Source: Antechinus flavipes
Taxonomy: Eukaryota
Assembly (NCBI RefSeq): GCF_016432865.1
Contig: NC_067400.1
Coordinates: 623,906,001-623,956,767 of the forward strand
Direction: 5' to 3'
DNA: 50,767 nucleotides
Shown piece after piece: positions 22,301-37,639 of this stretch. The position numbers were made by a program, and so were the translations under genes. Each line of letters begins with the position of its first letter. The stretch's first letter is position 1. The notes beneath the pieces are model-generated. The model was not told the DNA's origin. It saw only the letters and a program-made list of their open reading frames with translations, and did no database searches.

Positions 22301-25300
22301 CCCTCTCTCCCAGCTCTCGGGGGCCGAGGCCCCAGCGCAGGCCCGGGAAGCTGCTCCTGCAGGAGGATTCCGAGAGCTTCCCGAAAGCGAGCTCCGACGT
22401 GGGCCCCGCCCCTCCCCCCGCAGCTCCTCAGTTTCCCTAGCTGTCGCACGGGGAGGAGGGGCCCCAAGGCAGCCCCGCCCCAATCCGGGGCTCGCTTTCT
22501 CTTCCCGCCCAATGGGAGATGGCCCGGCGGACCGAGCTCCCGGGGAATTGTGGGGCCCGCCCTCACCGCGCTTGCGCCGGGCCTCCAGCACCTCGGCGTC
22601 CACGAATCTCTCCTGGTTCTTGGTCACCAGGAACTTGTGCAGCTGCTCGAGGTGGCAGATCTGCCTCTGGATCACCTGCAGCTCGGCGTTGTACTGGCTC
22701 ACGTCCTTGTGCAGCTTCTCCTGCAGCTGGCTCAGCTTCAGCTTGGCTTCCTCCCTGCACGACATGGTGGGAGGGGCCGGAGGCGCGGGGAGCCCGAAAG
22801 GCAAATGGGGGCGGAGGGCCAGGGCAGGGGCCAGAAGCACGTGCAGGTCACAAAGGCACGCGGGGTGGGACACACAAACCTGCCCCCCCCCGTGAAAGCC
22901 TGGCTCCCTCAGCCGGCTGGGGGGGGGGGCTGTACCCCCAGTCCGGCCCGGGGAAGAAGTGGGCTGGGGTTGGCTTTCCCAGTCCCACGGGGGGCCGGGC
23001 CGGAGCCGCCTGGCTCCCCCATGGTGGGGAGGGCCCCGGGACGGGGAACACGGGCTCCCAGAGGTACATAACGGGGGGGGGGGGCTGCCCCAGCCTCCCC
23101 GGGATCCGCCACAAGCCCGGCGCCCCCGTTCCCAGCTCAGAGGGGGCACCCTGGCCCACCAGGCAGCAGCCATAGGTTACCTGGCATCGAAGGCCGAATT
23201 GGAGTTGTCTATGTGGGATTGAATGTCGGACCGGATGTCACTCAGCTCCTGCTCAGCAGGGGCACGGCCGGTTGGCAGGGGGCCCGGCGGCGGGGCCCCC
23301 TTCCTCCCGCCCCCTCCTCCTCCTCGGCCCAGCCCTGACCTTCTTCAGCTGGTGGTTGATGTTCAGAAAGCGATTTCTCTGGATGTGCAGCAGACCCAGC
23401 TCTTCCCGGAGGACTCTGTTCCTCACCAGCTGGGTGTCAAAGCGCGTGATGGCCTGCGGGGCCGGGAGGGCAGGGTCACAGCGCCGCCGGACGCCTGGGC
23501 CCCCCCCTCAGGGCCCCGAGGGCACGTACCCGGTTCAGCTGGTTCTCCAGGACCATCACCCTGTGCAGGTTCTGGGCCTTCCTCTTCAGGATGAGACCTG
23601 GGCCCCTGAGCTCCTTCAGCTGCATCAACACTCGGGCCTCCCACTTGACAATCTGGGGCCAGGGTGGGCCAGGGTGGTACCAGGAAAAAAAGACTCCATC
23701 AGTCCCCATTCCCCCTAGCTCCGCCCTCCCCTCCTGGTGGGCCCTCCAGGCCAGACCCCAGCTCTGCACTCCCCTGCCCCCCCTTCCCAGGCTGCCTCCA
23801 GGGCCCAGGTCCAGCTCTGCACCCTCTCCTGCTGTCCAGCTCAGGCCAGGGCCCCCCACTGGCTGCCCTGGGAGTCTGGGGCCCTGCACCACTTCCCCAT
23901 TCCCTCCTCCAGGCCAGCCTCCTGCAAGCTCCCACCTCCCCTCCACCGCCCCCTCCCCAGGCCAGGACCCAGCACTCCCCTGCCCCCCCCCCCTCTTCCC
24001 TCCAGGCCAGGCCCTTTTACCGACCCTCTCCCCACCTCTCCTCTACCACTCCACCTCAGCCTGGCCCTTGCATCCCTACCCCAGGCTGGGCTCTGAGGTC
24101 AGGCTCCTGCACTGACACCCTCTCCACCTCCCCTTCCCCAGATCAGGCTCCCTACCTCAAGCCACCCCTCCACTGTCCCTTCCCCAGGCCAAGCCCCTGC
24201 ACCCACCACCTCCCCCTCCCCAGATCAGGCCCTTGCACTGACCCCCTCCCCACTTTCCCTCAGGCCAGGCCCTTTCACTGACCCCCTCCCCACTTTCCCT
24301 CAGGCCAGGCCCTTGCACTGACCCCCTCCCCACTTTTCCTCCTCAGGCCATGCCTTTGCACCGACCCCCTCCCCACTTTTCCTCCTCAGGCCATGCCTTT
24401 GCACCGACCCCCTCCCCACTTTTCCTCCTCAGGCCAGGCTCCTGCACTGACCCCCTCCCCACTTTTCCTCCTCAGGCCAGGCCCTTTCACTGACCCCCTC
24501 CCCACTTTTCCTCCTCAGGCCATGCCTTTGCACCGACCCCCTCCCCACTTTTCCTCCTCAGGCCAGGCTCCTGCACTGACCCCCTCCCCACTTTTCCTCC
24601 TCAGGCCATGCCTTTGCACCGACCCCCTCCCCACTTTTCCTCCTCAGGCCAGGCTCCTGCACTGACCCCCTCCCCACTTTCCCTCCTCAGGCCAGGCCTT
24701 TGCACCGACCCCCTCCCCACTTTCCCTCTTCAGGCCAGGCTCCTGCACCGACCCCCTCCCCACCTCCCCTCCATCGTGCCCTCCCCCAGAGCAAGCTCCT
24801 GCATCGCCCCCTCCCAGCCCCATCCCCTCCCAGCCCCATCCCCTCCCGGCCCCACCTGTTGGTCCAGCTTCTTCAGATGCTGCTGCTCCTTGACCACCTC
24901 CTTGTACAGCTGCTGCCGGCGGTCCAGGAGGCTGCGAAGACCCTTCTCCCGGGCCTGTTCCATGATCCTGTGGGCTTGGTTCTGCGTGATGTTCATTTTC
25001 ACTTGAAGCTCGGCCTGTTCCTGCTGCAGCCTGCAGATCTCCACCCTGCCGGGTCAGAGCCCGAGAGAGCTGGAGCTGGCCGGCACCTGGGAGGGGGGGC
25101 CGCCCCGTGCAACCCCCTCCTCCGAGAGGTGCAGAGCCGAAGCCAAGGGAGCTGCCCTGGGAGTCCCCGGCGCCCCCGCGCTCGCGCTCCCGCTCCCGCT
25201 CCTCCGGCCCCGGGGCCCAGACTCACATTTGCTTGTGGATCCGCTGCTGGGTCTCCCTGCTGTAAGCCTGCCGCTCCGCCTCCATCACCCGGCATTGTCT

Positions 25301-25479
25301 CTGCAGGCGGCTCAGCTCCCCCTCTGCAGGGCAGGGGGGCAGGTGCGGGGCCGGCTCAGCCGGGACGGGGGGAGGGGCCGGCCAGGGGCCCAGCTCCGAC
25401 CCCCCAGGCCGGAGCACTTACCTGAGCTGTCCAGATAGGCTTCGCTGTCCTCCGAGCGCACGCTGGCGGCCAGAGGCAT
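19359..25479 (-). CDS. ODAD1: Outer dynein arm docking complex subunit 1 (CCDC114), 14 coding exons, 541 aa
   Basis: Exons: 25479-25422, 25323-25227, 25045-24856, 23652-23530, 23453-23340, 23248-23181, 22754-22567, 22181-22047, 21393-21311, 21141-20970, 20704-20541, 20438-20362, 20053-19975, 19436-19359. All GT-AG, phases consistent, total 1626 nt. [53 protein letters not shown] and [15 protein letters not shown] match the human CCDC114 coiled-coil protein as I recall it. Synteny with EMP3. Confidence 0.93.
19570..19740. repeat. (AGAGAC/AGAAAC)n purine-rich simple repeat in the last ODAD1 intron
   Basis: Directly visible runs of GAGACAGAGA/GAAACAGAGA. Confidence 0.9.
21512..21891. other. Assembly gap (380 N) inside an ODAD1 intron
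   Basis: Run of N. The flanking exons 22181-22047 and 21393-21311 join in phase (TYLE-N-EEKNF). Confidence 0.99.
24230..24765. repeat. 40-44-bp minisatellite (about a dozen copies) in ODAD1 intron
   Basis: Unit GCAC(T/C)GACCCCCTCCCCACTTTTCCTCCTCAGGCCA(GGCTCCT/TGCCTTT), with degenerate copies further left. Confidence 0.92.
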
Positions 25480-25681
25480 GCTGGCGGCCAGAGGCACGCT
25501 GGCCTGGGGAAAAAAGCTACTTCGGGGGTCCGGGGGAGGTGGAAGATTCAGGTAGGGAATTTGGGAGCGGGAGGCTAAGAACGTGGATGACGCCCGGGAC
25601 ATGGCGGACGTCCGGGACATGGCGGGGCCCTAGCTGTCCAGACAAGGACCTCGCCTGGCTATTCCCTCTGTTGTAGTCCTG

Positions 25682-25695
25682 GTTGCTGAGGTGAC
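25682..25695 (-). promoter_or_regulatory. RFX X-box upstream of ODAD1
   Basis: Minus strand GTCACC-TC-AGCAAC matches the consensus GTNRCC(N0-3)RGYAAC, ~200 nt upstream of the ODAD1 ATG. Confidence 0.7.
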
Positions 25696-26039
25696 TGGGC
25701 CAGCTGCGGGGATTGGGGAAGCTGGCCCGGACGGGGCGGCGGAGCGGGCACCCCTCCCTCACGCTCCTCCCCCCTCTTCCCTCCCTCCCTCCGGCCCTCC
25801 CCTAACACTTCCACGGGTGGCGGGGGGGCTGGCTCAGAGCATCTCCTCCAGAAGACTCCCGGTTCTTCGGGCTGGCTCAGGGCAGGCATGCAAGCCGAGG
25901 AGAGGTGGGGGGCGGGGTTGGGAAGGAGGGGCTGGGGGGGAGAACGTGGAGGGTCTGCGAGGCGGAGCTCAGGAGCCTTGGGAGGAGGAGTTGGAGGAGG
26001 TGCTAAGAGGAGATCTGACAGAAGCTTTGAGAGAGTGGC

Positions 26040-26420
26040 TGCGGGCAGGACAAGGGCGGGGCTAAGGAGCACTGGGGGCTAAGCGGGAGATTTAAGATCG
26101 GGCTTTTAAGAGGGAGTGGCTGGAGGTGGGAAAAGGGCGGGGCTAAGGAGGACGAGGGGGGGGCTGAGCGGGAGATATAAGAGAAGGCTTTGAAAATGGC
26201 AGGCTGGGGGTGCTGGAGGTGGGACAAGGGCGGGGCTAAGGAGGCCAGGGGGCTAAGCGGGAGATTTAAGAGGAGCGTTTTGGAGGGAGTGGCTGGAAAT
26301 GGGACAAGGGCGGGGCTAAGGAGGACACGGGGCTAAGCGGGAAATTTAAGAGGAGCTTTTAGAGGGAGTGGCTGGAGGTGGGACAAGGGCGGGGCTAAAC
26401 GGGAGATTCTAGAGAAAGCT
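26040..26420. repeat. Degenerate ~80-bp tandem array, each unit with a GC box
   Basis: GGGCGGGGCTAA at 26054, 26135, 26228, 26308 and 26387, with shared GGGAGTGGCTGGAGGTGGGACAA flanks. Confidence 0.85.
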
Positions 26421-27774
26421 TTGAAAGGGAGTGGCTGGGGATGCTGAGAGGACTGAGAGGAGGGACTTGGGGAGGAATTAAGATGGGGATTTAAGGGAAG
26501 GGTCTCTGCGGGAAGCTGAAGCCCGACAAGGGAGTGGGCGGGTTGGAGGAATAGTGGCCAAGGGGAGGAGGGGGCGGGGCAGAAGGGAAAGGAGGGCGGA
26601 GCAGCGGAGAGGAGGGGCAAGGAGGAGCTCCCCAAGAGGAGCTGCCGAGAGCACGGTGCTGGGGTAGAAGAGCGCTCAATCTGCGAGCGGCGAATGGGGC
26701 ATAAGTAGACTGAGGGAGAGCTGCTCACCGCCTCCTCCCTCCCTCGAGCCCCCGCCTAATACGCCTGCGCGCCAACAGTCTTCGCTCTGCCTGGAACGGG
26801 GGCGGGGCCTCCCCCTGGCTCCTCCTTCCATCCCCCCACCTTCGGGGGATGGAGCCCCGCCCCCGGCCGGAGTAGCCCTCCACGTGTAGGCCACCGGCAG
26901 CGACCCAGGCCCGGCGTCGAAGGCCCGCAGGCCAGCCCGGGCTCGGCGCCCCACGGGACAGGGCGTGCCCCAAAGCTGCCTGCGGTTTCCTGTGCGAGGA
27001 AGCAGCGAGCTCCCCGTGCTCAGCCTGACGCCCGGGAGCGGGCCAGCCTGGGACCCTCGCAGGCACCTGGGACTCGGGGGCTCCACCCGCCCTCTCGGGG
27101 CCGCCTCCGTCCTCGGGGTTAAAGGTGCGGCTCCTAATTTGGCCAAACATTGCCTGATCCCCAGAGACAGTCTCCCAGGTCTCACTCCCTTCCCTTCCTG
27201 AGAAGCCAGGCAGCTAAGGAACCCAGCACCCTCCTTGACCCGTCTCGCAGCCTCTGTGCCGAAAACTCCGGTCTGGTCCTCTCTCCTCTCTAGGGACACC
27301 CCGTCTCCTTGTTCTCCTCGCTCCCTGACTGCTCCTCTGCCGGATCCTTCTCCAGGTTAGGCCCTCTGGTCCCAGGTGTCCCTCCCTCCCCGTCTGTCCT
27401 GGGCCCTTTGCTCTCCTCCCTCTAGACTAGCTCAAGTTCTCCTCGGGTCCCGGGGATGTCGTCATCTCAAATCTGCCCCGCCCTCCCCAGTCTCCGTGCT
27501 GACCTCCGATCTGCAACTGCCCCGATTTACTGTCCCTCTGACCCGAGAAGCGATCAGCAGATCCTTCTCACACTTAGGAAGAAACGCTTTAGAAACCCCC
27601 ATAGCCCATCCCCCAGCGTCTGGGTATCTTCTAACAACCTTCTGCTCAGCTGCTCAGCATGTCTTCGGGCAGGTCTGGCTCGTGACCGCCGGAGTTCCTG
27701 CCTTTGCACCTGAGAAACGCCCAGGCTCAATTTCCCCTCTGAAGGATCTGCTTCTACAAGATTGTCCGAGGATC

Positions 27775-28140
27775 AGTTCTCATGGACGAGGCTCTTTTCA
27801 ACAATGAGCCGATTCAGGCCAGTTGCAATGGTCTTGTGAGGAAGGGAATCATCTGCGCCCAGAGCGGGGACTGTGGGGGCGGAGTGGGGACCGCTTTTTG
27901 CTTCTCACTTTTTGTTTGCTTGCATTTTGTTTCTCATTTCTCCCCCCCCCCTTTTTGATCTGATTTTTCTTGTGCAGCATGATTGTGTTCATGTATATAG
28001 AAGAATTGCCCATGTTTAAAATCTATTGGGTTACTTACCTAGGGGAGGGGAGGGGAGGAAGGGGGGAATTTGGAAGACAAGGTTTTGCAGGGGTCAGTGT
28101 TGAAAAATTATCCATGCATATTTTGAAAATAAAAAGCTTT
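27775..28140 (+). mobile_element. L1 3' UTR fragment (GC-shifted)
   Basis: ATGGACGAGGCTCTTTTCAACAATG...ATCTGCGCCCAGAGCGGGGACTGTGGG parallels 15865-15950. Ends CCATGCATATTTTGAAAATAAAAAGCTTT. Confidence 0.8.
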
Positions 28141-28145
28141 TAATT

Positions 28146-28443
28146 TGTGCTAAGCCCACTATGAGGTAGCCTCTCCCCATCATGGCGCCGTTCTCCTCAC
28201 TCTGGTTAGTAGGACCTGCCGGGCCAGGGCCAGTCCCACCTCAGAGGATTTCCTTTCTCCTGGTTAACTGTCTTTCCTCGCTAACTGCTCTCCACCCGGA
28301 TTGCCCATCGGCTGCTTTGGGTGCCCATTTCCCCTTCATTTTGGCCGGAACCCATTCCCCTAAATAAATGTCTTTTGCCGGACGGTCACTGGGAGTTTGT
28401 CCCGTTTATTTTGAGCTAGGGACGGCCACCTGAGCTCAGCACA
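28146..28443 (+). mobile_element. Possible old solo LTR
   Basis: Inverted ends TGTGCT...AGCACA and AATAAA at 28363-28368. No TSD seen. Confidence 0.4.
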
Positions 28444-28569
28444 GCCGTCTCACAGCCGACATCCGGTAGGTGGCTTAAGCTCAAGGTGTCCAAAACGGCC
28501 TCGGTTTCTCCTGAAGCCCCTGGTCCCAGCATGCCGGGAGCGGGCGGCACCCCCTTCCCGGGCCTCGGG

Positions 28570-29030
28570 CTCCCAGCTAGGAGTCATCCTGGATCGCCGG
28601 CAGCTGCGGAGGGCCGGCCATCTCTGCAGTTCTGCCCTGCCACTGCCCCGGCCCCGCTCCAGGCCCTGGTCCCCTCGCATCCGGGCCTTTGCAGTAGCTG
28701 TCTGCACAAACACCTCCCTCCGCCTCTTCTCCCCTCAACAGACCCGTCATCCTCCCCCTCAACAAAGTCAGGGGCCCCCCATCACCCCCAGGAGCAGAGG
28801 GGCAGGCGCTGGCAGCCCCAGCCCTCCTTACCCCGGCCCCTCCCATCTCCCAGTCTTCCTAGGTCTCACTCCCCAGCACAGTCGCACCCCCTGCCATCGG
28901 CCCCTGGGCTCTCCCCAGCACGACCCTCCCCCTCTCCGCCTGACCCCCAAGTCTGGGGCTTCCTGTGGGAAACCTTCCCCCTCCCCAGTCCTCGGCACCG
29001 TGCCTGGTACACAGTGGTGCTTAATAAAGG
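28570..29030 (+). mobile_element. Decayed L2/MIR-type fragment
   Basis: GGAGTCATCCTGGAT (~28580) and tail CGTGCCTGGTACACAGTGGTGCTTAATAAA (~29000-29028) resemble L2 motifs. Confidence 0.45.
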
Positions 29031-29329
29031 TTCTTTGGTCCATCGGTTGATTTCCGTGCTCGGGTCTCTGCAGGCCCCGGCCCAGGCAATGGTGAGACCC
29101 CGCAGGCGGCGAGTTCGGAGCCGGGACAGCACCCCCGAGGGGCAGAGCGGGGGCGTCCCAGAGGCAGACGGCGAGAGAGGGGGCGGGCAGGGAGGGGAGC
29201 GGCCGCACTAGCCAGCGGGGCTTCGGAGGAAGGAAGAGGGAGGGAGGGAGGCGGGGGCTGGAGGGAGGGAAGGAGGGAGAGAGCAGGGCGGGGCAGGGAG
29301 GCCGGGAAAGGGGACCAGCCCTCGCTCTG

Positions 29330-29422
29330 ACTTCCTCCGGAGCTTCTTCTCCCGTTATTCGGCCGGGTGGAGAGTGAGTCTGCCTCCGGACTCGCAGCTG
29401 GCCCCAGGGCTTTAATTGCTCG
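29330..29422 (+). other. EMP3: Probable non-coding first exon of EMP3
   Basis: Strong donor CG|GTAAGT at 29423, downstream of a GC-box/purine-rich promoter. The 5' end is approximate. Confidence 0.55.
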
Positions 29423-30050
29423 GTAAGTATGGGCAGGGAGAAGGGGGGAAGGTCGGCGGCCCCTTCCTTGGGCCCCCCAGGCTCGGGGCGGGCAGGGGTG
29501 GGGTCTCCTGCCAAAGACCCCAGATTTACTACGTGCCCCTGGGATCCCCAGCTCAGGCCCGGAGACCCAGGGGTCCCCGCCTCCCCAGCCCACTCTTCCC
29601 TCTCGGCCAGCGCTGGGGAAAGGTCCCTCTCCCAGCCCGTCCCCGCAAGGGCCAGGCAGCCGCCCCCCTTCCTGCCCGCAGCACTTCCCGCCTGGGCCGC
29701 CCTCCCCCATCTCCGTTCCTAGCCCCCAGCCTCAGGTGGCCTCGGGAGGGCCCCGGGGCGGGGGTTCTGGGGGGGAGAAGGGGTGAGTCACAGTGACTCA
29801 CGGAGCCCCTGCCGGGTGGGGGCAGGGAGGAGGCGGGGGGGGGGGGGGCTGCGGGCCCCACCCCCGGCTGGAGGCTGGAGAGTGTTTGGGAGGAACTAGG
29901 TGGGGCAGGTTTCAGTCCTGGGTGCCCCAGCGCTGGAGTGGGAGGGGGCAGTGAGGCAGCAGCCCGATCCAGGCCCACCCAGCCCGGCACCCCCAGCCGG
30001 ACCCCTCCCGCAGCCCGGCTCTCCTCCGCCCCGCAGGCCCCGTGGGCACC

Positions 30051-32373
30051 ATGTCCCTGCTCCTCGTGGCCGTGTCTGCCCTGCACGTCCTCATCCTCAT
30101 CCTGCTCTTTGTGGCCACCCTGGACAAGGTGAGTGTGGGCGGGGGCGGGCCCTGATCCCCGGGTCCGGTCCTCGGCCCCTCGGCCCCCGCAGCCCCCCCT
30201 CCCCTGGGCCGGCCCTCGGCCCCGCTCCTCGCCCACAGCAGTCTGCCCGCTCTGTGCCCCATTCAGCCTTATGTGCCCACCGAGGGCGCGGCCAAAAGTG
30301 CCCTCGGGCTGGAGACAAAAGTCTGCCCTGGGGGGCGGAGGACCCTGGGGGAGGGCCCCGAAGCTGGGGAGGTGGGCCGGGCCCTGCCGGAGGGGGCCAC
30401 CAGGGAGTCCCGGAGAACGGGGCCACTCCCCCAGGCCCCTCCCCGGGACCCCTCCCCCCCGCCCCTCCATTATCTGACTTGTGCTTTTTGGGATCCCGCG
30501 GGTCTCAGTCTTGGTGGATCCTCCCTGGAAATGAGTCACTGAACCTCTGGAAGGAGTGTCTGAGCTACTCGAACCAGTCTGTGCCCGAGGTCTGGGTGTG
30601 CAGCAACGTCAGTGAGAGCGGTGAGCGCCCCCTCCCGGCCCCCAAAGTCTGCCCTGAGGGGGGGTCCCATCCCCCAACCCGGGGGGGGGAGCCCTGTCAG
30701 TGAGAACGGGGAGCGCCCCCTCCCGGCCCCCCAAGTCTGCCCTGAGGAGGGTCCCATCCCCCAGCCCACGGGGGGCAGCCCTGTCAGTGAGAACGGGGAG
30801 CACCCCCTCCCGGCCCCCAAAGTCTGCCCTGAGGGGGGGTCCTGTCCCCCAACCCGGGGGGGGGAGCCCTGTCAGTGAGAATGGGGAGCGCCCCCTCCCA
30901 CCCCCCCAAGTCTGCCCTGAGGGGGGGTCCCGTCCCCCAACCCGGGGGGGGGAGCCCTGTCAGTGAGAACGGGGAGCACCCCCTCCCGGCCCCCAACCCG
31001 GGGGGGGGAGCCCTGTCAGTGAGAACGGGGAGCGCCCCCTCCCGGCCCCCAAAGTCTGCCCTAAGGAGGGGGGTCCCGTCCCCCAACCTGGGGGGGGGCC
31101 CTGTCAGTGAGAACGGGGAACGCCCCCTCCCAGCCCCCAAAGTCTGCCCTGAGGAGGGTCCCATCCCCCAGCCCACGGGGGGGAGCCCTGTCAGTGAGAA
31201 CGGGGAGCGCCCCCTCCCACCCCCCCAAGTCTGCCCTGAGGGGGGGGTCCCGTCCCCCAACCCGGGGGGGCCCTGTCAGTGAGAATGGGGAGCGCCCCCT
31301 CCCGGCCCCCAAAGTCTGCCCTGAGGGGGGGTCCCATCCCCCAACCCGGGGGGGGGGAGCCCTGTCAGTGAGAACGGGGAGCGCCCCCTCCCGGCCCCCC
31401 AAGTCTGCCCTGAGGAGGGTCCCATCCCCCAGCCCACGGGGGGCAGCCCTGTCAGTGAGAACGGGGAGCGCCCCCTCCCGGCCCCCAAAGTCTGCCCTGA
31501 GGGGGGGTCCTGTCCCCCAACCCGGGGGGGAGCCCTGTCAGTGAGAGCGGTGAGTGCCCCCTCCCACCCCCCCAAGTCTGCCCTGAGGGGGGGTCCCGTC
31601 CCCCAACCCGGGGGGGGGAGCCCTGTCAGTGAGAACGGGGAGCACCCCCTCCCGGCCCCCAACCCGGGGGGGAGCCCTGTCAGTGAGAACGGGGAGCGCC
31701 CCCTCCCAGCCCCCAAAGTCTGCCCTGAGGAGGGGTCCTGTCCCCCAACCTGGGGAGGGGAGCCCTGTCAGTGAGAACGGGGAGCGCCCCCTCCCGGCCC
31801 CCAAAGTCTGCCCTGAGGAGGGGGGTCCCGTCCCCCAGCCCACGGGGGAGCCCCCAGGTTCCCAGGGGCGCTGGCAAAGGAAGAGGCGGGTGTGGGCCAG
31901 GCGCCCCCCGTGGCTAAGGCGCCCCCTCCCCCGCAGGCTGGCTGAAGGCGGTGCAGGCGCTCATGGTGCTGTCCCTGGTGTTCTGCTGCCTCTCCTTCGT
32001 GCTCTTCATGTTCCAGCTCTACAACATGAAGCGCGGGGGCCTCTTCTACGCCACCGGCATCTGCCAGCTCTGCACCAGTGAGTGTCCGGGGTGGGGGGCA
32101 CGGGGGCGGGGGTCACAGGGTGGGGGTCACAGGGCAGGGGTCGCCAGTCCCCTCGTCTCCGCCCTGGCTGCCCGACGGCCCGGGGGCCCAGCTGACTCCC
32201 TCTCCCCCCCAGGTGTGTCAGTGTTCACCGGGGCCCTCATCTACGCCCTGCACGTCAGGGAGTTCCACCAGACCGACGGCTCCTTCGGCTACTGCTTTGC
32301 CCTGGCCTGGGTGGCATTTCCTCTGGCACTGGCCAGCGGCATCATCTACATCCACCTGAGGAAGCGAGAGTGA
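30051..32373 (+). CDS. EMP3: Epithelial membrane protein 3 (PMP22/EMP/claudin superfamily), 163 aa
   Basis: Exons 30051-30128, 30509-30620, 31937-32077, 32213-32373 (492 nt). MSLLLVAVSALHVLILILLFVATLDKSWW, LNLWKEC, GWLKAVQALMVLS, GSFGYCFALAWVAFPLALASGIIYIHLRKRE. Kozak GCACCATGT. Confidence 0.97.
30608..31850. repeat. ~87-bp minisatellite (15 units, two ~54-bp short variants) starting inside EMP3 coding exon 2
   Basis: GTCAGTGAGA(A/G)... recurs at 30608, 30696, 30783, 30871, 30959, 31015, 31103, 31190, 31275, 31364, 31451, 31537, 31625, 31679 and 31767 (positions approximate). Confidence 0.95.
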
Positions 32374-32574
32374 CCTCCCCGCCCGGCCCGCCAGCCCCGC
32401 CTTCCCAAGCTACCCGCCCTGGGGGGCCCCGACCCTGGAACCTCAGTCTCTCGCTCTGTGCAATGGGCGAGTAAGCAGCCGGCCCCTGGCACTTGGTGCT
32501 CTGGCCGGGCCAGCAGTCGGGGACTCTGAATGCAGGCTCCGGCCCTCCTGGCCCCGGCCCTGGGCACATGCCCG

Positions 32575-32705
32575 AACCCCTCTGCCCGTTTCCCCAACTG
32601 TGAAATGGGAATAGCACCTTCCTCCCGGGTCGTTGCAAGAACGAAATGAAACCGTATCTGTCAAGTGCTTAGCCTGCACACAGCAGGTGCTCTATAAATG
32701 CTTAC
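32575..32705 (+). mobile_element. MIR-type SINE 3' fragment in/after the EMP3 3' UTR
   Basis: CTGTGAAATGGGAATAGCACC...GTCGTTGCAAGAACGAAATGA...AAGTGCTTAGC...GGTGCTCTATAAATG follows the MIR core/tail consensus. Confidence 0.7.
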
Positions 32706-33086
32706 TCCCCCAGCTCCGACAGCCTCTGTCTGGGGAGGAGGGGGGAGGGGGAGGGGGAGGGGGAGGGGGAGGGCCCTCTGGCCGGCGCCCGCAGCCGGCT
32801 CTGCCCAATCAGAGGCCGCGATGCCGCCGCGCTGGGGGGGCGGGAGCCTCAGTCTGTGACTGCAGGGGCCAGCAGGGAAGAGGGCCCAGAGGGCCCCGGC
32901 GCCGCCGGGAGAGGGCGCAGCGGGAAGTCACGGCACAAGCTCCGCCCCCGGGGCGCCCTGCCCCCACACGGAGGCCCACGGGATATTGCACGTGGGGCGG
33001 AGCCAGAGGTAGCATTGGCCCAGGCGGGGGTCGGCCCGTGGCGGGGGAGCAGGGACGCCCGCCCCCTCCCCCGCGGGCCCGGGGCC

Positions 33087-37460
<4,374 letters not shown>

Positions 37461-37639
37461 TCAAAGGTTCCCCCACAGCACCCCCTCTGGGTGGGGACGG
37501 ATCCGGGACAGCTATTTCGGAAATGGATTTGAATGCACCTCAGAAACCCGGGGGGTCACCCCAAAATTTGCATTAAGAGTGCACCCCCCGGCCCCAGAAA
37601 GGTTTTCCCTCCCCCTCACCTTAGAAAGGTTTGGTTGTC

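Noticed and set aside
21467-23071. 534-aa plus-strand ORF and other ORFs spanning the N run
   Set aside because: Their length comes from the 380-N gap and GC richness, and they are antisense to ODAD1 exons.
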